DNA of 64,000 bases from Thermodesulfobacteriota bacterium (GCA_963422265.1 OY729416.1:1216001-1280000), one strand, 5' to 3'; counted from the first letter of the stretch, positions 41,563-52,459 are shown. Notes: a model not told the origin generated them from the sequence alone. Translations and numbers: made by a program.

Positions 41563-41695
41563 AAGCTACTTTGCAGGACTGTAACTATTGGCTTTTTTCC
41601 ATCCCTTCCCAAAAACTAGATTTTGGGCTTCGTTCTAAATAATATAATAGTAAAGGATAAGCACGCTGCAATAAGAAAAGAGAATAACAATACAG

Positions 41696-42163
41696 ATGAC
41701 TCAAAAAAAAGTTACTCTTAACCTCACCGGAGCGCCGACGTTTATCCTAGCAGGTTTCGTATCTCGCTCAATCGCATTCTTTATAGATTTAATGCTTATC
41801 TTCACGATTGTATTTTTAACAATAGTATCAGGTGGCTATTTCCTTAAGGACTACGATATTAACTTATATTCTCTGCCAAAGCTGTTCCACTCTCTCTTTT
41901 TCCTTTTAACCTTTTTAGCCTCTGCCTATTTTGTTCTTCTTCATAGCTTTGAGGGACAAACTATAGGTAAAATGCTTTTACGCATAAGGTTGATAACGGA
42001 TAAAGGTAGCCTTGTAGGTCCTCGGGAAGCATTTATTCGGTGGTTAGGCTATTACATGTCTCTTACCTTTATATTTATAGGTTTCATTGTAGCACTATTC
42101 GACCCCAAGCGTCAAACGTGGCATGATAAGATCGCAAACACCTTTGTTATAAAAGATAAATAG
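41696..42163 (+). CDS. RDD family membrane protein
   Basis: SRSIAFFID, GQTIGK, RQTWHDKIANT. Confidence 0.9.
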   Translation: MTQKKVTLNLTGAPTFILAGFVSRSIAFFIDLMLIFTIVFLTIVSGGYFLKDYDINLYSLPKLFHSLFFLLTFLASAYFVLLHSFEGQTIGKMLLRIRLITDKGSLVGPREAFIRWLGYYMSLTFIFIGFIVALFDPKRQTWHDKIANTFVIKDK

Positions 42164-42165
42164 CT

Positions 42166-43428
42166 ATGGAACATCTAAGACGACTAAACGCTAAAATATC
42201 CTCTAAAAGGCGAAAACTGAACTCATGGTTTAACCGCCAGACTGAGAACGTTCTCATTCCTCTTTATACGTCAGTTGACGTGAGGGTATCTAACAACAAA
42301 ATCGTTCCCGTGGATACAAATGTCTTTCCCGCTGGTTTCAATAACCTTTCCGAGTTATTCAAAAGCAGAGCTTCCAAACTTTTCAAGGACTATTTCAAAC
42401 GTAAGTATCCAAGGGCTGAAAACATACTGATAGTTCCTGAACTCCACACGCGCAACTTCCATTACTGGGAAAATATACTAGTGCTTAGGTCAATCCTTGA
42501 AAACATCGGATATAAGGTAGACGTTGGAATAGTCAGCGATGAGTTTAATAGAGATCAAATGAGTTTCAAGGCATCAAACGGGAAAGAGATCGGGGTTCAT
42601 AAAGTTATGAAAAAGGGACACAAGGTCTTTACCTCAAGTATAACGCCTGATTTATTACTGATAAACAACGATTTTTCAGAAAGATGCCCCAAGATCCTAA
42701 GGGACATTGTGCAGCCTGTAGAACCTCCTGTGGAAATAGGATGGCATACTAGAAAGAAGAGTCTTCACTTCGAATTTTACAACAAGCTTGCATCAAAAGT
42801 AGCAGAGATGATTGGGCTAGACCCGTGGACCATAACGATCGAGACTACTTCCCTTAAAGGGATTAACTTTGACGTCCGGGAGGACCGTGAGAAAGTAGCA
42901 GCCGTAGCGGACTCAGTATTAGATAGAATGAGAGACGATTATGGAGCAAGAAGAATAGACCACGAACCGTATTTATTCGTAAAAAGTGACTCAGGCACTT
43001 ACGGCATGGCGGTGATGAACGTATCAAGTGGCGACGAGATAAGAACCCTTAACTCTGATAAGAGAAAAAGAATGAGAATAAACAAGGGTGGCAATCCTGT
43101 GAGAAACATAGTTATTCAGGAAGGAGTGCCTACAGCTCTCAGGCTTGAATCAGACATTACGGCGGAACCTGTTTTTTATCTCGTAGAGGCTAAAGTGGCA
43201 GGGGGATTTCTGAGACTTAATGAAGGTAAAAACGAATTTGAAAATTTGAATACGAGGGGAATGAAATTCGCTCAAATGTATTGCCTGGACGATCACCCTG
43301 CAAAAGCCGACCAAAAGCTCTTATGTGGTCCCACGTATGAACTGGTATCGTGCATCGCAAGTCTCGCTGCAGGATACGAAATTGATAAGATACTTAAAGA
43401 GGGAGGGTGCAAGGAGGAGGTTGCCTAA
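42166..43428 (+). CDS. gshA: Glutamate--cysteine ligase (GshA, ATP-grasp-like type)
   Basis: YTSVDVR, PVDTNVFPAGFNNL, PELHTRN, LLINNDFS, KSDSGTYGM, IQEGV, NLNTRGM. Confidence 0.85.
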   Translation: MEHLRRLNAKISSKRRKLNSWFNRQTENVLIPLYTSVDVRVSNNKIVPVDTNVFPAGFNNLSELFKSRASKLFKDYFKRKYPRAENILIVPELHTRNFHYWENILVLRSILENIGYKVDVGIVSDEFNRDQMSFKASNGKEIGVHKVMKKGHKVFTSSITPDLLLINNDFSERCPKILRDIVQPVEPPVEIGWHTRKKSLHFEFYNKLASKVAEMIGLDPWTITIETTSLKGINFDVREDREKVAAVADSVLDRMRDDYGARRIDHEPYLFVKSDSGTYGMAVMNVSSGDEIRTLNSDKRKRMRINKGGNPVRNIVIQEGVPTALRLESDITAEPVFYLVEAKVAGGFLRLNEGKNEFENLNTRGMKFAQMYCLDDHPAKADQKLLCGPTYELVSCIASLAAGYEIDKILKEGGCKEEVA

Positions 43429-43432
43429 TTTA

Positions 43433-44815
43433 CTACCAACTACCAATTTCTTCTTTTCCCTTGGCAATCATCTCTAAGACATTATCTGTAGCCGTTCCAC
43501 CGTAAGAGCGCCTATTTTCAATTGAACCTTCTAACGTTATGTAGCTAAACAAGTCCTCTCGGAAAAGTTGTGAAAAAGCCTGATACTCCGAGATAGTCAA
43601 GTCTATAAGCTCTCTTCCATTTCCCTCAGCGTATGCAACTATCTTCCCCGTGATTTCATGGGATTGTCTGAACGGAATCCCTTTACGAGTCAGATAATCA
43701 GCAATATCAGTCGCCGTAATAAACCCCTCTCCAAGAGCCTTACTCATATTCTCATACTTAAATTCTATTGTCTTTAACATCTCCGATAGAACCTCCAGCG
43801 ACGATTCTAGCGTATCTACGGTGTCGAACATAGGCTCTTTATCCTCTTGCATATCCCTATTGTAAGAAAAAGGGAGTCCCTTCATAACCGTTAGGATTGC
43901 AACGAGGTTACCATACACCCTTCCCGTTTTTCCTCTTATAAGTTCCGGCACGTCGGGGTTTCTCTTCTGGGGCATGATGCTCGAGCCCGTTGTAAATTCA
44001 TCGCCAAGATCTACAAAATCAAACTCCTTACTTGACCACAATATGAACTCTTCTGAAATTCTACTTAGGTGATTCATAAGAATCGAGGATGTGGATATAA
44101 ACTCAATAATGAAGTCTCTATCGCTTACGGCATCAATGCTGTTCTGAGAGACTTGCGGAAAATCAAGCACGCCTGCGACAAAATCCCTATCTATTGGAAA
44201 AGTCGTTCCCGCCCCGGCTCCAGAACCAAGAGGCATTACGTTTACCCTATCAAGGCAGTTCAGTAACCTTTCCCTGTCACGCTTGAACATCTCGTAGAAA
44301 GCCATCAGCAAATGTGACAAGAGCATAGGCTGTCCACGCTGAAGGTGAGTATATAGAGGCATGACAGCATTTATATTATTATCCGCCAAATCTAATAAGC
44401 GCGCCGCCACGCCTTTTATCAATTGCACTATTTCACTAATTGCCCTCCTAAGATATAAACGCATATCAAGAGCAATCTGGTCGTTTCTGCTTCTTCCGGT
44501 ATGGAGCTTTCCACCCACTTCTCCAATCTTCTCTATTAAATGTTTTTCTATATTGAGGTGAATATCCTCAAACTCCTCCCTGAAGGGAAAGTTTCCCTGC
44601 TCAATCTCTTTTTGCACTTCTCCAAGTCCCTTTACGATCTCATCCGCCTCGTCTGTCCTTATAATACCCTCCTTGGCAAGCATTTTTACGTGGGCAATGC
44701 TACCTTGTATATCCTCTCCGTAGAGTCGGACATCAAAGTGGATTGAGGTCGAAAACTTCTCAGCCACTTTGTGCGTCCCTTTTTTGAACCTTCCCGACCA
44801 GGGTTTTTTTCTCAA
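43433..44815 (-). CDS. argH: Argininosuccinate lyase
   Basis: WSGRF, LHTGRSRNDQ, YTHLQ, GSSIMPQKRNPD, YNRDMQEDK. Confidence 0.97.
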   Translation of the reverse strand: MRKKPWSGRFKKGTHKVAEKFSTSIHFDVRLYGEDIQGSIAHVKMLAKEGIIRTDEADEIVKGLGEVQKEIEQGNFPFREEFEDIHLNIEKHLIEKIGEVGGKLHTGRSRNDQIALDMRLYLRRAISEIVQLIKGVAARLLDLADNNINAVMPLYTHLQRGQPMLLSHLLMAFYEMFKRDRERLLNCLDRVNVMPLGSGAGAGTTFPIDRDFVAGVLDFPQVSQNSIDAVSDRDFIIEFISTSSILMNHLSRISEEFILWSSKEFDFVDLGDEFTTGSSIMPQKRNPDVPELIRGKTGRVYGNLVAILTVMKGLPFSYNRDMQEDKEPMFDTVDTLESSLEVLSEMLKTIEFKYENMSKALGEGFITATDIADYLTRKGIPFRQSHEITGKIVAYAEGNGRELIDLTISEYQAFSQLFREDLFSYITLEGSIENRRSYGGTATDNVLEMIAKGKEEIGSW

Positions 44816-44879
44816 CCTCTACCTCCTCTGACTAGTATTATAATATAGTTCAATCACGTTACCCTGTCCTGAACTCATT

Positions 44880-45794
44880 TTAGAACCTCTCTTTCTCCCT
44901 ATAATGAACAAGGCTATACTGCGAAACAAAGAAGGTTTCTTCATCCCCGCAGTTTTTTAGCATCTCCAGTGAGTTTTCATTTTCCCTGATTTTGACTTCA
45001 CGTTCTATGCCATCGGATTGATGAGATATGAACCGAACAGTCGATTCGTCACCTCTCATTTGGGAATTTTGCAATAAGATTTTAGAGATTTCATTAATGC
45101 CACTCTCTTTTCTGCAAAAATACTCAGCCACCTGCACCCCTTTTTCATAACAACAACGCCCCCTATAATTTTTGAGATCCACCTGCCCTTTCCCGTATTT
45201 CTCCATCAATCTCTCAGCCGTCAAGGGATCTTTTACCCGCCCGTAATAAATACCGTGTGGAAGACATACGAAAGTGGGGGCGAACCTGTGCCCTCCCAGA
45301 TGTGTGCTTTGCCAGGTACTAGAACCATACTTGCCCTGGGCTACTTCTAAATAGATAGGCACCCCAAACTTGCCGCAGCATACGTCGCGCTTGCCGTTAG
45401 TACATACAAGAAATAGCTCCTCTTCCGTCAAGAAGTTTTGCCCTTTCAAAATGTCTTTTACATCTAGACCGAGCAATTCATCCAAGGTGCTAAGCTCCAA
45501 TTCATAAAGTCTCGGACTAATCTCTTCAGAAACCGCAACATAAAACTTTAAGTTCTTCTGGGCATTATCATGTCTTTTAATAAGCTGAAGACGGGAATTG
45601 GGAATAGCATCTATAGTGGTTCTTATAAAGTCCTTTACTCGCTCCGGCATTTTGCTACCTTCAAAGGCTTTGCTCGACCAACTGCCTCTGTATTCAAGTG
45701 CTAGCCACACGTCAACTCTTGTAGCTGTCCCGAATTGCCCTTCGCTCAGATTAAGTGAATTCTCGCAACAATATGAATGTTTCATCAATCCCAA
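44880..45794 (-). CDS. Sucrase/ferredoxin-like 2Fe-2S protein (Apd1/Aim32 family)
   Basis: WLALEY, LVCTNGKRDVCCG, HLGGHRFAP, YRGR. Confidence 0.88.
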   Translation of the reverse strand: MGLMKHSYCCENSLNLSEGQFGTATRVDVWLALEYRGSWSSKAFEGSKMPERVKDFIRTTIDAIPNSRLQLIKRHDNAQKNLKFYVAVSEEISPRLYELELSTLDELLGLDVKDILKGQNFLTEEELFLVCTNGKRDVCCGKFGVPIYLEVAQGKYGSSTWQSTHLGGHRFAPTFVCLPHGIYYGRVKDPLTAERLMEKYGKGQVDLKNYRGRCCYEKGVQVAEYFCRKESGINEISKILLQNSQMRGDESTVRFISHQSDGIEREVKIRENENSLEMLKNCGDEETFFVSQYSLVHYREKERF

Positions 45795-47188
45795 CCATAT
45801 CCCTTACCGTGAGAAAACGCACTAGCAAAACCCGGCTCTATCAACTTTATCTTTAATACTTTACCCTCCTTATCTTTGACCTTGAACCTATCATCTATCC
45901 TCATGCCACCCACCCAGATAATCTCTTCGTTGCAAGTAAAAATCGGAACTCTGAGTCGTAAAAATTTAGGAAGTTTGACATCAGTAAAAAAGTCCTGAAG
46001 CTTCTTTGATGTATTCATCCCCAGTGGAAAGAAGCGGTCGCCCTTTCTAAAACTCCTTACTTCTATGGGAAATTGAACCGACTTAGGATCAAAAGATGCC
46101 ATGCTCTCGTCCCTTTCATCAAATTCACTCGCTTTCAGATATTTTATACAAAGATCAACACCAAAGAAGCTCCATCTTCCCGTCGATTGTATCGTATAAG
46201 AGAGTGTCCGCTCAAGCTCTGACCTCTTGGTAATCAGAAAAGCACGGTACCCCTTAGCTATAACCGTTTCCTTAGGAAGACCTATCTCTCCCGAAGCGTT
46301 ATCAGAACATAGAAAATCATCCGCGGAAACAACGTGGCGCGAGGATATGTTCTTCAGGTTACCGTTTAGTTTGTTAATTCCTATTCTTAACAAACTAAAC
46401 CTCAAAACCTTATCAATACTTTTATAACGCCTTAAATCTCCAAATAACTCCGAATTGTTTTGGCTGAACACGCCGTCGAAATTATTAAGAGCTTGTTTTA
46501 CTATAAACTCTTCTTCATCCCTCACGATGTCGGCCGTTCTTGCAAGCGTCTCTCTTATTCGAGGGTTATAATCCTCAAGCTGAACCAGAAGCTCTTGCCT
46601 TATTCTATTTCTTAAAAACTCCTTTGAGGTATTAGTTGAGTCCTCAACCCATCCAATACCCTTAGACTGAAGATACTTCTCAACCTCAGAGCGGTTTGTC
46701 TCTATAAGAGGCCTTATTATAAAATAATTTAAGACGGGACGAATACCCGACAAACCCCTTGATCCACTTCCCCTGATTAGCCTCATTAACACCGTCTCCG
46801 CTTGATCGTCTAGCGTATGGGCAGTAGCTATCTTCTCTGCGCAATGTTTCTCTAAGACTTGACTAAAGAATCTATACCTTAGGGTTCTTGCGGCGTCTTC
46901 AAGCGAACACCGGGATTTTTCTCTAAAGCTTAGAGTGTCAACCTCGCTATATACGAATTCTAGTCCCAGGGACTCGGCAGTTTCTTTTACAAAGTCGGCG
47001 TCCCTCTTCGCCTCATCTCCCCTGATGCCGTGATTGAGGTGAGCGACTATAAGCTCATAATCACCTAATTCGCTCAAGACATAGAGCATAGCGATTGAGT
47101 CCGCACCACCTGAAACTCCGAGTGCCACCTTCTCGCCCTGGATGAGCATATTATATTTCTTAAGAGTCTTTACTACCTGGGATAACAT
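45785..47188 (-). CDS. tilS: tRNA(Ile)-lysidine synthase
   Basis: VSGGADS, AHLNHGIRG, AHTLDDQAET, RPL, RNRIR; C-terminal TilS_C domain. Confidence 0.96.
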   Translation of the reverse strand: MLSQVVKTLKKYNMLIQGEKVALGVSGGADSIAMLYVLSELGDYELIVAHLNHGIRGDEAKRDADFVKETAESLGLEFVYSEVDTLSFREKSRCSLEDAARTLRYRFFSQVLEKHCAEKIATAHTLDDQAETVLMRLIRGSGSRGLSGIRPVLNYFIIRPLIETNRSEVEKYLQSKGIGWVEDSTNTSKEFLRNRIRQELLVQLEDYNPRIRETLARTADIVRDEEEFIVKQALNNFDGVFSQNNSELFGDLRRYKSIDKVLRFSLLRIGINKLNGNLKNISSRHVVSADDFLCSDNASGEIGLPKETVIAKGYRAFLITKRSELERTLSYTIQSTGRWSFFGVDLCIKYLKASEFDERDESMASFDPKSVQFPIEVRSFRKGDRFFPLGMNTSKKLQDFFTDVKLPKFLRLRVPIFTCNEEIIWVGGMRIDDRFKVKDKEGKVLKIKLIEPGFASAFSHGKGYGWD

Positions 47189-47828
47189 TGTTCATATTGC
47201 TATTTGCAGCAAGCCCAGCAGACATGATTATCCTGAAGGCGTCTTCCACCGAAATCGAAAGCTCCTGGACGTCCTCTTGCGGAAGCATAATGTAAAATCC
47301 ACTTGTAGGATTTGGGGTTGTCGGAACAAAAACACTTACAAGCTTTCTGCCCGACTGGTTATGATACTGTCCTGATTCTAATGTTCCCATAATAAAACCA
47401 ATTGAGTAAATATCTTTTCTCGGATATTCGAATAATGCGACCCTTTTTAGATTCTTCATCCCACTTCCCATAAAAACAGTCTCGATTACCTGTTTACTCG
47501 CCAGGTATATCGTTCTAGCCAAGGGAATCTTCGAAATAATGGATTCGCCTACCTTAACGAGCTTGCCCCCTACTATATTTCTTGCCACCGCGCCAATAAA
47601 GAGCACAATTAATAATGCTCCAATAAGGGCAAAGAAGAACTCTACTATTTGAGAAATCGAGGGTAGCGACATGAATAGACTGCTTATAATTTTTGATGGT
47701 GCAGCGCTTACCAGCATTACTATCCATCTACCAACCGTATATAATATGAATATGGTAATAGCAAAAGGGACTGTAACTAATACGCCAGCAAGGATGTTTT
47801 GCCTAAAGAAGCTGTAAATGTGTTTCAT
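47160..47828 (-). CDS. DUF502 membrane protein
   Basis: IPLARTIY, EYPRK, VFVPTTPNPTSGF. Confidence 0.9.
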   Translation of the reverse strand: MKHIYSFFRQNILAGVLVTVPFAITIFILYTVGRWIVMLVSAAPSKIISSLFMSLPSISQIVEFFFALIGALLIVLFIGAVARNIVGGKLVKVGESIISKIPLARTIYLASKQVIETVFMGSGMKNLKRVALFEYPRKDIYSIGFIMGTLESGQYHNQSGRKLVSVFVPTTPNPTSGFYIMLPQEDVQELSISVEDAFRIIMSAGLAANSNMNNVIPGSKDS

Positions 47829-48112
47829 TCGTCAAGTGATTTGTTAATTGTATCGCGGAGGAACTTGCTAGACCTAAAAACTATAGCTTTTCTCTCTTCT
47901 ATTTCTATTATCTTGCCCGTAGCCGGGTTCCTCCCTTTTCTTGCCTTACGGTTTTGAACTCTAAAGCTACCGAACTTGGGGAGCTTAATCGCTTCGCCAC
48001 CGGTTAATCTCTCCATAACTATTACAAAGAAGAATTCAACTATCTCGGCTGACTCCCTTTTTGATAGTCCTATCTTGTCGTGGATAACGCTCGCAAGCTC
48101 CTTTTTTGTCAT
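47825..48112 (-). CDS. ihfA: Integration host factor subunit alpha
   Basis: MTKKELA, FGSF, RKGRNPATG; directly downstream of pheT. Confidence 0.85.
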   Translation of the reverse strand: MTKKELASVIHDKIGLSKRESAEIVEFFFVIVMERLTGGEAIKLPKFGSFRVQNRKARKGRNPATGKIIEIEERKAIVFRSSKFLRDTINKSLDE

Positions 48113-48128
48113 AGCATTCGCCTCCTCC

Positions 48129-50537
48129 CTACATTCTACGCAATTCCGCCCCGATAGCCAAAGCCAGCTTTTTAAGCGTTTTTCCCTGTAATTTATTAAC
48201 TTCTTGTTCAGTTAGGGTTCTATTCGCGTTCCTCAGTCGCAAAGATACAGCAACGCTCTTTTTACCTTTTCCCAGAGAGTCTCCACTGAATACGTCAAAT
48301 ACCGAAGCATCTTCAATTAGCCCTATATTCATGTCTTTTATTTCATCTAATACGTCACTTGCCGGTATTTTCTCGTCAACTATTAAAGCCATATCCCTCC
48401 TTACCGATGGATACTTAGGAAGAGGGGTAAATTTTTTCTGTATCTTCTTTGAGTGAGCTGCGACTCCATCCATGTCAATCTCGAACGCGAGTATTTTCTT
48501 TGAGACTTCAAGCTTATGCCTAAGGCTAGGGTGAAGTTCACCGATAAAGCCTACTTCGTTCGTTTTAATCATTATTCGAGCTGATTTTCCAGGGTGGAGA
48601 AATTCGACGTCTGGACAAGACAGAAACTTAACGTCTTCTAACAACAAAGAAGTAAATACTTTTTCCACTACGCTTTTAAGATCAAAAAAATCAAATCCTT
48701 CTTCGCTCCAAATTTCAGGTAGCTTCCCTCCGGTTGCCACGGCGGCGATCTTTGTTATTTCATCGGGGAGGCTACCCTCTTGTTTAGGGACGTAAACCCT
48801 ACCAATTTCAAAAAGCCTTATATCGCTTGTTTGGCGGTTTAAGTTCAAAACAGTATTTTTTATAAGCCCAGACAAGAGGCTTGTTCTCATTGTAGAAGCA
48901 TCCGTCGTCAAAGGGTTGATAATACTAAGGGATTCCCTTTCTCCAAATAGGCTGAGAAAACTTATATCCTCAAAGCTATAGTTTATCACCTCATAGAAAC
49001 CGCTTGAGATCAACAACTCTCTTAGCTTCCTCCTTACCGTTTTTTCTGTACTAGCTAAATCCGATTCCATTAATATGGAAGGAAGAGTGGTCGGTATCTT
49101 TTCATAGCCGCGTATCCTCGCAACTTCTTCAATTAAATCTATTTCACGAGTAACGTCCCCTCTGAACGTAGGTATGCTTAGAGCAAAATCCTCTCCAGAC
49201 GAGTTAATGATTTCAAACCCCAGCCCCAAAGCGATCCGTGAGAGATCCCTAGGCTTAATCTCCACCCCCAGCATATAACTAGCTCTTTGAAGTGATAGTT
49301 TTACTTCCACTGGCTCTATCCTTTTGGGATATTCATCAATTACGCCCTTAGCCACCTCTCCGCCAGAGAGCTTTCTTATAAGCTCAGCCGCCCTGTCAAG
49401 CGCATTAACAGCTCCATTAGGATCAACCCCTCTTTCAAATCTGTATGAAGACTCTGACCTTAAAGATATTGTTTTCGAAGTTTTCCTCACAGTCGTAGGC
49501 TCAAAGTAGGCACTCTCAAGAAGCACGTTAGTCGTTTTGTCGGAGACCTCAGCGCTAGTGCCTCCCATTACGCCCGCGACCGCCAAGGGCTTTCTACCGT
49601 CGCAAATGATAAGGTCATTTGAAGCAAGTCTCCTATTAACCTTGTCAAGAGTCTTAATAACCTCTCCTTCCTTCGCGTTTCTAACCACTATCCTGCCTTC
49701 CTCAAGAAGGTCATAGTCAAAGGCGTGAAGAGGTTGCCCAAGCTCAAGAAGAACAAAATTGGTTACGTCCACCACGTTATTTATCGGTCTGATGCCTGAA
49801 GACTCAAGCTTCATCTTAAGCCACTTCGGGGATTGCTCTATTTTCAGGTCTCTTATTACCCTGCATGAATATCTAGGACACTTTGTAGAATCAAACACCT
49901 GAACGTTTATCAAGTTGCCTATGCACTCCCCATCTTCCACCACGCTTATATCCGGATATTTGACTTGTGTTCCAAGGTTGGCAGCTACTTCCCTAGCCAC
50001 GCCTATCACACTTAGACAATCGGAGCGGTTAGGCGTAATACCGACCTCAACCATCACGTCACTTAACCCAAGCTCGTCTATCAACTTGTTTCCCACTTCG
50101 GCAAATTTGGGAAGAATCATAATTCCATCGCTTTCTCCCCCTAATCCTAACTCATCCTCGGCGCACAGCATTCCTTCGGAAAGTTCTCCCCTGATTTTAG
50201 CCTTCTTTATCTTTAAACCGTTTGGAAATTTGGCGGCTGGTGAAAGCTCCGTCCCCTCTGTAGCAAGCGCTACCTTATCACCTGGCTTCATATTATCAGC
50301 GCCACAGACAACTTTGTAGCTGTTCTCTCCGTCCGTAACGTCACAAAGCGACAATCTTTCGGCATTAGGATGAGGTCTTACGTCCAGAATCAGGGCTACG
50401 ATCACACCTTCCAATCCCTTGCCCTTATAATGCAAGTCCTCTACTTCAAGCCCCGCCATAGTTAGCCTATTGGCTAACTCCTCAGGCGTTAGCTCAAACT
50501 CCACGTAATCTTTCAACCATTTCAGCGAGAAGATCAT
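48129..50537 (-). CDS. pheT: Phenylalanine--tRNA ligase beta subunit
   Basis: HPNAERL, SEGMLC, TPNRSDCLS, RFERGVD, DLIEEVAR, FDX-ACB end. Confidence 0.97.
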   Translation of the reverse strand: MIFSLKWLKDYVEFELTPEELANRLTMAGLEVEDLHYKGKGLEGVIVALILDVRPHPNAERLSLCDVTDGENSYKVVCGADNMKPGDKVALATEGTELSPAAKFPNGLKIKKAKIRGELSEGMLCAEDELGLGGESDGIMILPKFAEVGNKLIDELGLSDVMVEVGITPNRSDCLSVIGVAREVAANLGTQVKYPDISVVEDGECIGNLINVQVFDSTKCPRYSCRVIRDLKIEQSPKWLKMKLESSGIRPINNVVDVTNFVLLELGQPLHAFDYDLLEEGRIVVRNAKEGEVIKTLDKVNRRLASNDLIICDGRKPLAVAGVMGGTSAEVSDKTTNVLLESAYFEPTTVRKTSKTISLRSESSYRFERGVDPNGAVNALDRAAELIRKLSGGEVAKGVIDEYPKRIEPVEVKLSLQRASYMLGVEIKPRDLSRIALGLGFEIINSSGEDFALSIPTFRGDVTREIDLIEEVARIRGYEKIPTTLPSILMESDLASTEKTVRRKLRELLISSGFYEVINYSFEDISFLSLFGERESLSIINPLTTDASTMRTSLLSGLIKNTVLNLNRQTSDIRLFEIGRVYVPKQEGSLPDEITKIAAVATGGKLPEIWSEEGFDFFDLKSVVEKVFTSLLLEDVKFLSCPDVEFLHPGKSARIMIKTNEVGFIGELHPSLRHKLEVSKKILAFEIDMDGVAAHSKKIQKKFTPLPKYPSVRRDMALIVDEKIPASDVLDEIKDMNIGLIEDASVFDVFSGDSLGKGKKSVAVSLRLRNANRTLTEQEVNKLQGKTLKKLALAIGAELRRM

Positions 50538-50630
50538 TTTATTCCAGTTAAAAGTTCAATAATCACATATTCTCAGAAAAGGTTCAATACTGACCGTTAA
50601 ATAAACGCGGAGCTTGTACAGACACCCATT

Positions 50631-50666
50631 TGTATCTATATTTACTTGTGTATCTATATTTACTTG
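50631..50666. repeat. Perfect 18-bp tandem duplication
   Basis: TGTATCTATATTTACTTG x2 (50631-50648, 50649-50666). Confidence 0.9.
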
Positions 50667-50749
50667 AAGGAGAAAAAGCTTAACACTTATAATATATACA
50701 AATTTGACGAAAGTAGAAAGCAGGGAAGCTACCCTCAGTAATTAAAGAG

Positions 50750-50874
50750 CGTGAGGCTACCTTTAATAAATAGCAAAAGTTTCTCTCCTGCTAGTAATTG
50801 GAAGAAGATTGCGATAAAAGTTGTTGATGTTCTTGGTAATTACTATGAAGAAAATACCCGAGGCAACAGTATGA
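50750..50874 (+). pseudogene. C-terminal remnant of a site-specific DNA methyltransferase
   Basis: KKIAIKVVDVLGN then, after a shift, TMKKI..*; resembles the IAVKVVDIFGNDTMK tail of Mod-like MTases. Its stop overlaps the next ATG. Confidence 0.55.
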
Positions 50875-51990
50875 GCGCAATTAGTAAATTCTTCTTGCGT
50901 GATGTGCGCTGTTTTAGGGACGAGCACGGGTTTAGTATACGTCCATTGACTTTCCTTATCGGCGAAAATAGTACCGGAAAATCAACCATTCTTGGCTGTA
51001 TCCAAGCATTTAGCAATTTCCTCAGCCCCGCGGTGTATCTGAGATAGATTTTAATTCCGAATCTTATCAGATGGGAGCTTTTGCCCATATTGTCAGGAGA
51101 TCAAACCCCAGAAAAAAGAATTTTCAGTTAGGCATTGAGCTTGAGCACGAGAATGGGAAACGACTAAAACATTTTCTAACCCTAACGGAAAAAGATAAAG
51201 GGTCCAAACCAAATAATCCGCAACGCAAGATAGGCTTTTGACGGAGGCCAAATTACTGTCTCTATGAATGAAAATAATCAGTATGAAAAGAGAGAATTAG
51301 AGTTTGAGATCACATCTGGAGGAAAACAGAATGAATTTGATATTTTAATAGATAAGAATTGGTTTAGTTCAGATATACTAGATTATATTTTTTATCTCTT
51401 ATCCAAACGACAACATTAAGAAGAAATTAAGCATAGCTGAAAACAATTTTATACAGTTTATAGATAAGTCAATTTCTAAACCTGATAAGGAAAATAGTCG
51501 TGCTCGTTTAAACCATTACTGCGACAATTAATTTTTATATGCACACAATTCATAACATTGCACCAATCCGCTCTAAGCCGAAACGCACATACAACCCTCT
51601 GAAAGAAGCAGAAACTCCGGATGGCAGCGAAATACCTATTGGTGTTAATGAATTTGAGCACGTAGAACAAGAAGGAATGGGATGATTTGAGACAACAGCT
51701 AGCAAGTTTTGGCAAAGCCTCCGGCTTGTTCACTGACATCGCCGTTAGAGAGCTTGGACATTCCAAGAGCGATACTCTTCAGCTACAAATTAAAGTCAGG
51801 GGATCTAAGACGAATTTAATGGATGTAGGCTACGGTGTCAGCTAGCTCCTACCTACTTTTGGTGCGTATTCTTACCGAGCAAGGCGTCAAGTTTCCGTTG
51901 CAACAGCCAGAAGTTCATTTGCACCCCAAGGGACAAGTATCCTTAGCTTCTTTGCTAGTAGAGATAAAACAGAAACGCCACAATTCATTT
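50871..51990 (+). pseudogene. AAA/ABC-type ATPase (AAA_21/DUF3696-like), heavily degraded
   Basis: RCF..PLTFLIGENSTGKST, APIRSKPKRTY, DVGYGVS(stop), LQQPEVHLHP spread over several frames with stops. Confidence 0.8.
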
Positions 51991-52168
51991 TCAGCCATTT
52001 TCTTGCATGAAATAGCATAGGCTGTAATATTTAACAAGTTAGGAACAGCTATCTGAATATATAAAGGGAATTGTAAGGTGATTATAAAAAATCTTCTCTC
52101 CTTCTCACACATGTCTTGAATCTATATATGCTCTTGAAAAGATTACAAAAGCGTTTATACTACCCTTT

Positions 52169-52405
52169 ATGGACGTTAAAGAGATACAGGCTATCATAGA
52201 AGGCGGCATATCAAGTTCATACATAAACGTAGAAGGCGATGGGACGCATTTTGAAGCCGTGATAGTTTCACCAGAGTTTGAGGGTAAAACGCTGCTTGAA
52301 AGGCATAAACTAGTTTACAACGTGCTCGGGGACGCTATGAAAGAGAAAATACACGCTTTGTCACTCAAAACTTATACGCAAGAACAATGGGACAGTGCAA
52401 AGTAA
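52169..52405 (+). CDS. BolA/IbaG family protein
   Basis: GDGTHF, FEGKTLLERHKLVY, IHALSLKT. Confidence 0.93.
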   Translation: MDVKEIQAIIEGGISSSYINVEGDGTHFEAVIVSPEFEGKTLLERHKLVYNVLGDAMKEKIHALSLKTYTQEQWDSAK

Positions 52406-52459
52406 TACGCTGAACTGACATATGATATAACTCAAGCTTTATTCTTATAGGAGGAAGAC

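Noticed and set aside
50751-51047. 98-aa ORF read as one gene
   Set aside because: Chimeric read-through of an MTase tail into the start of the AAA ATPase pseudogene.
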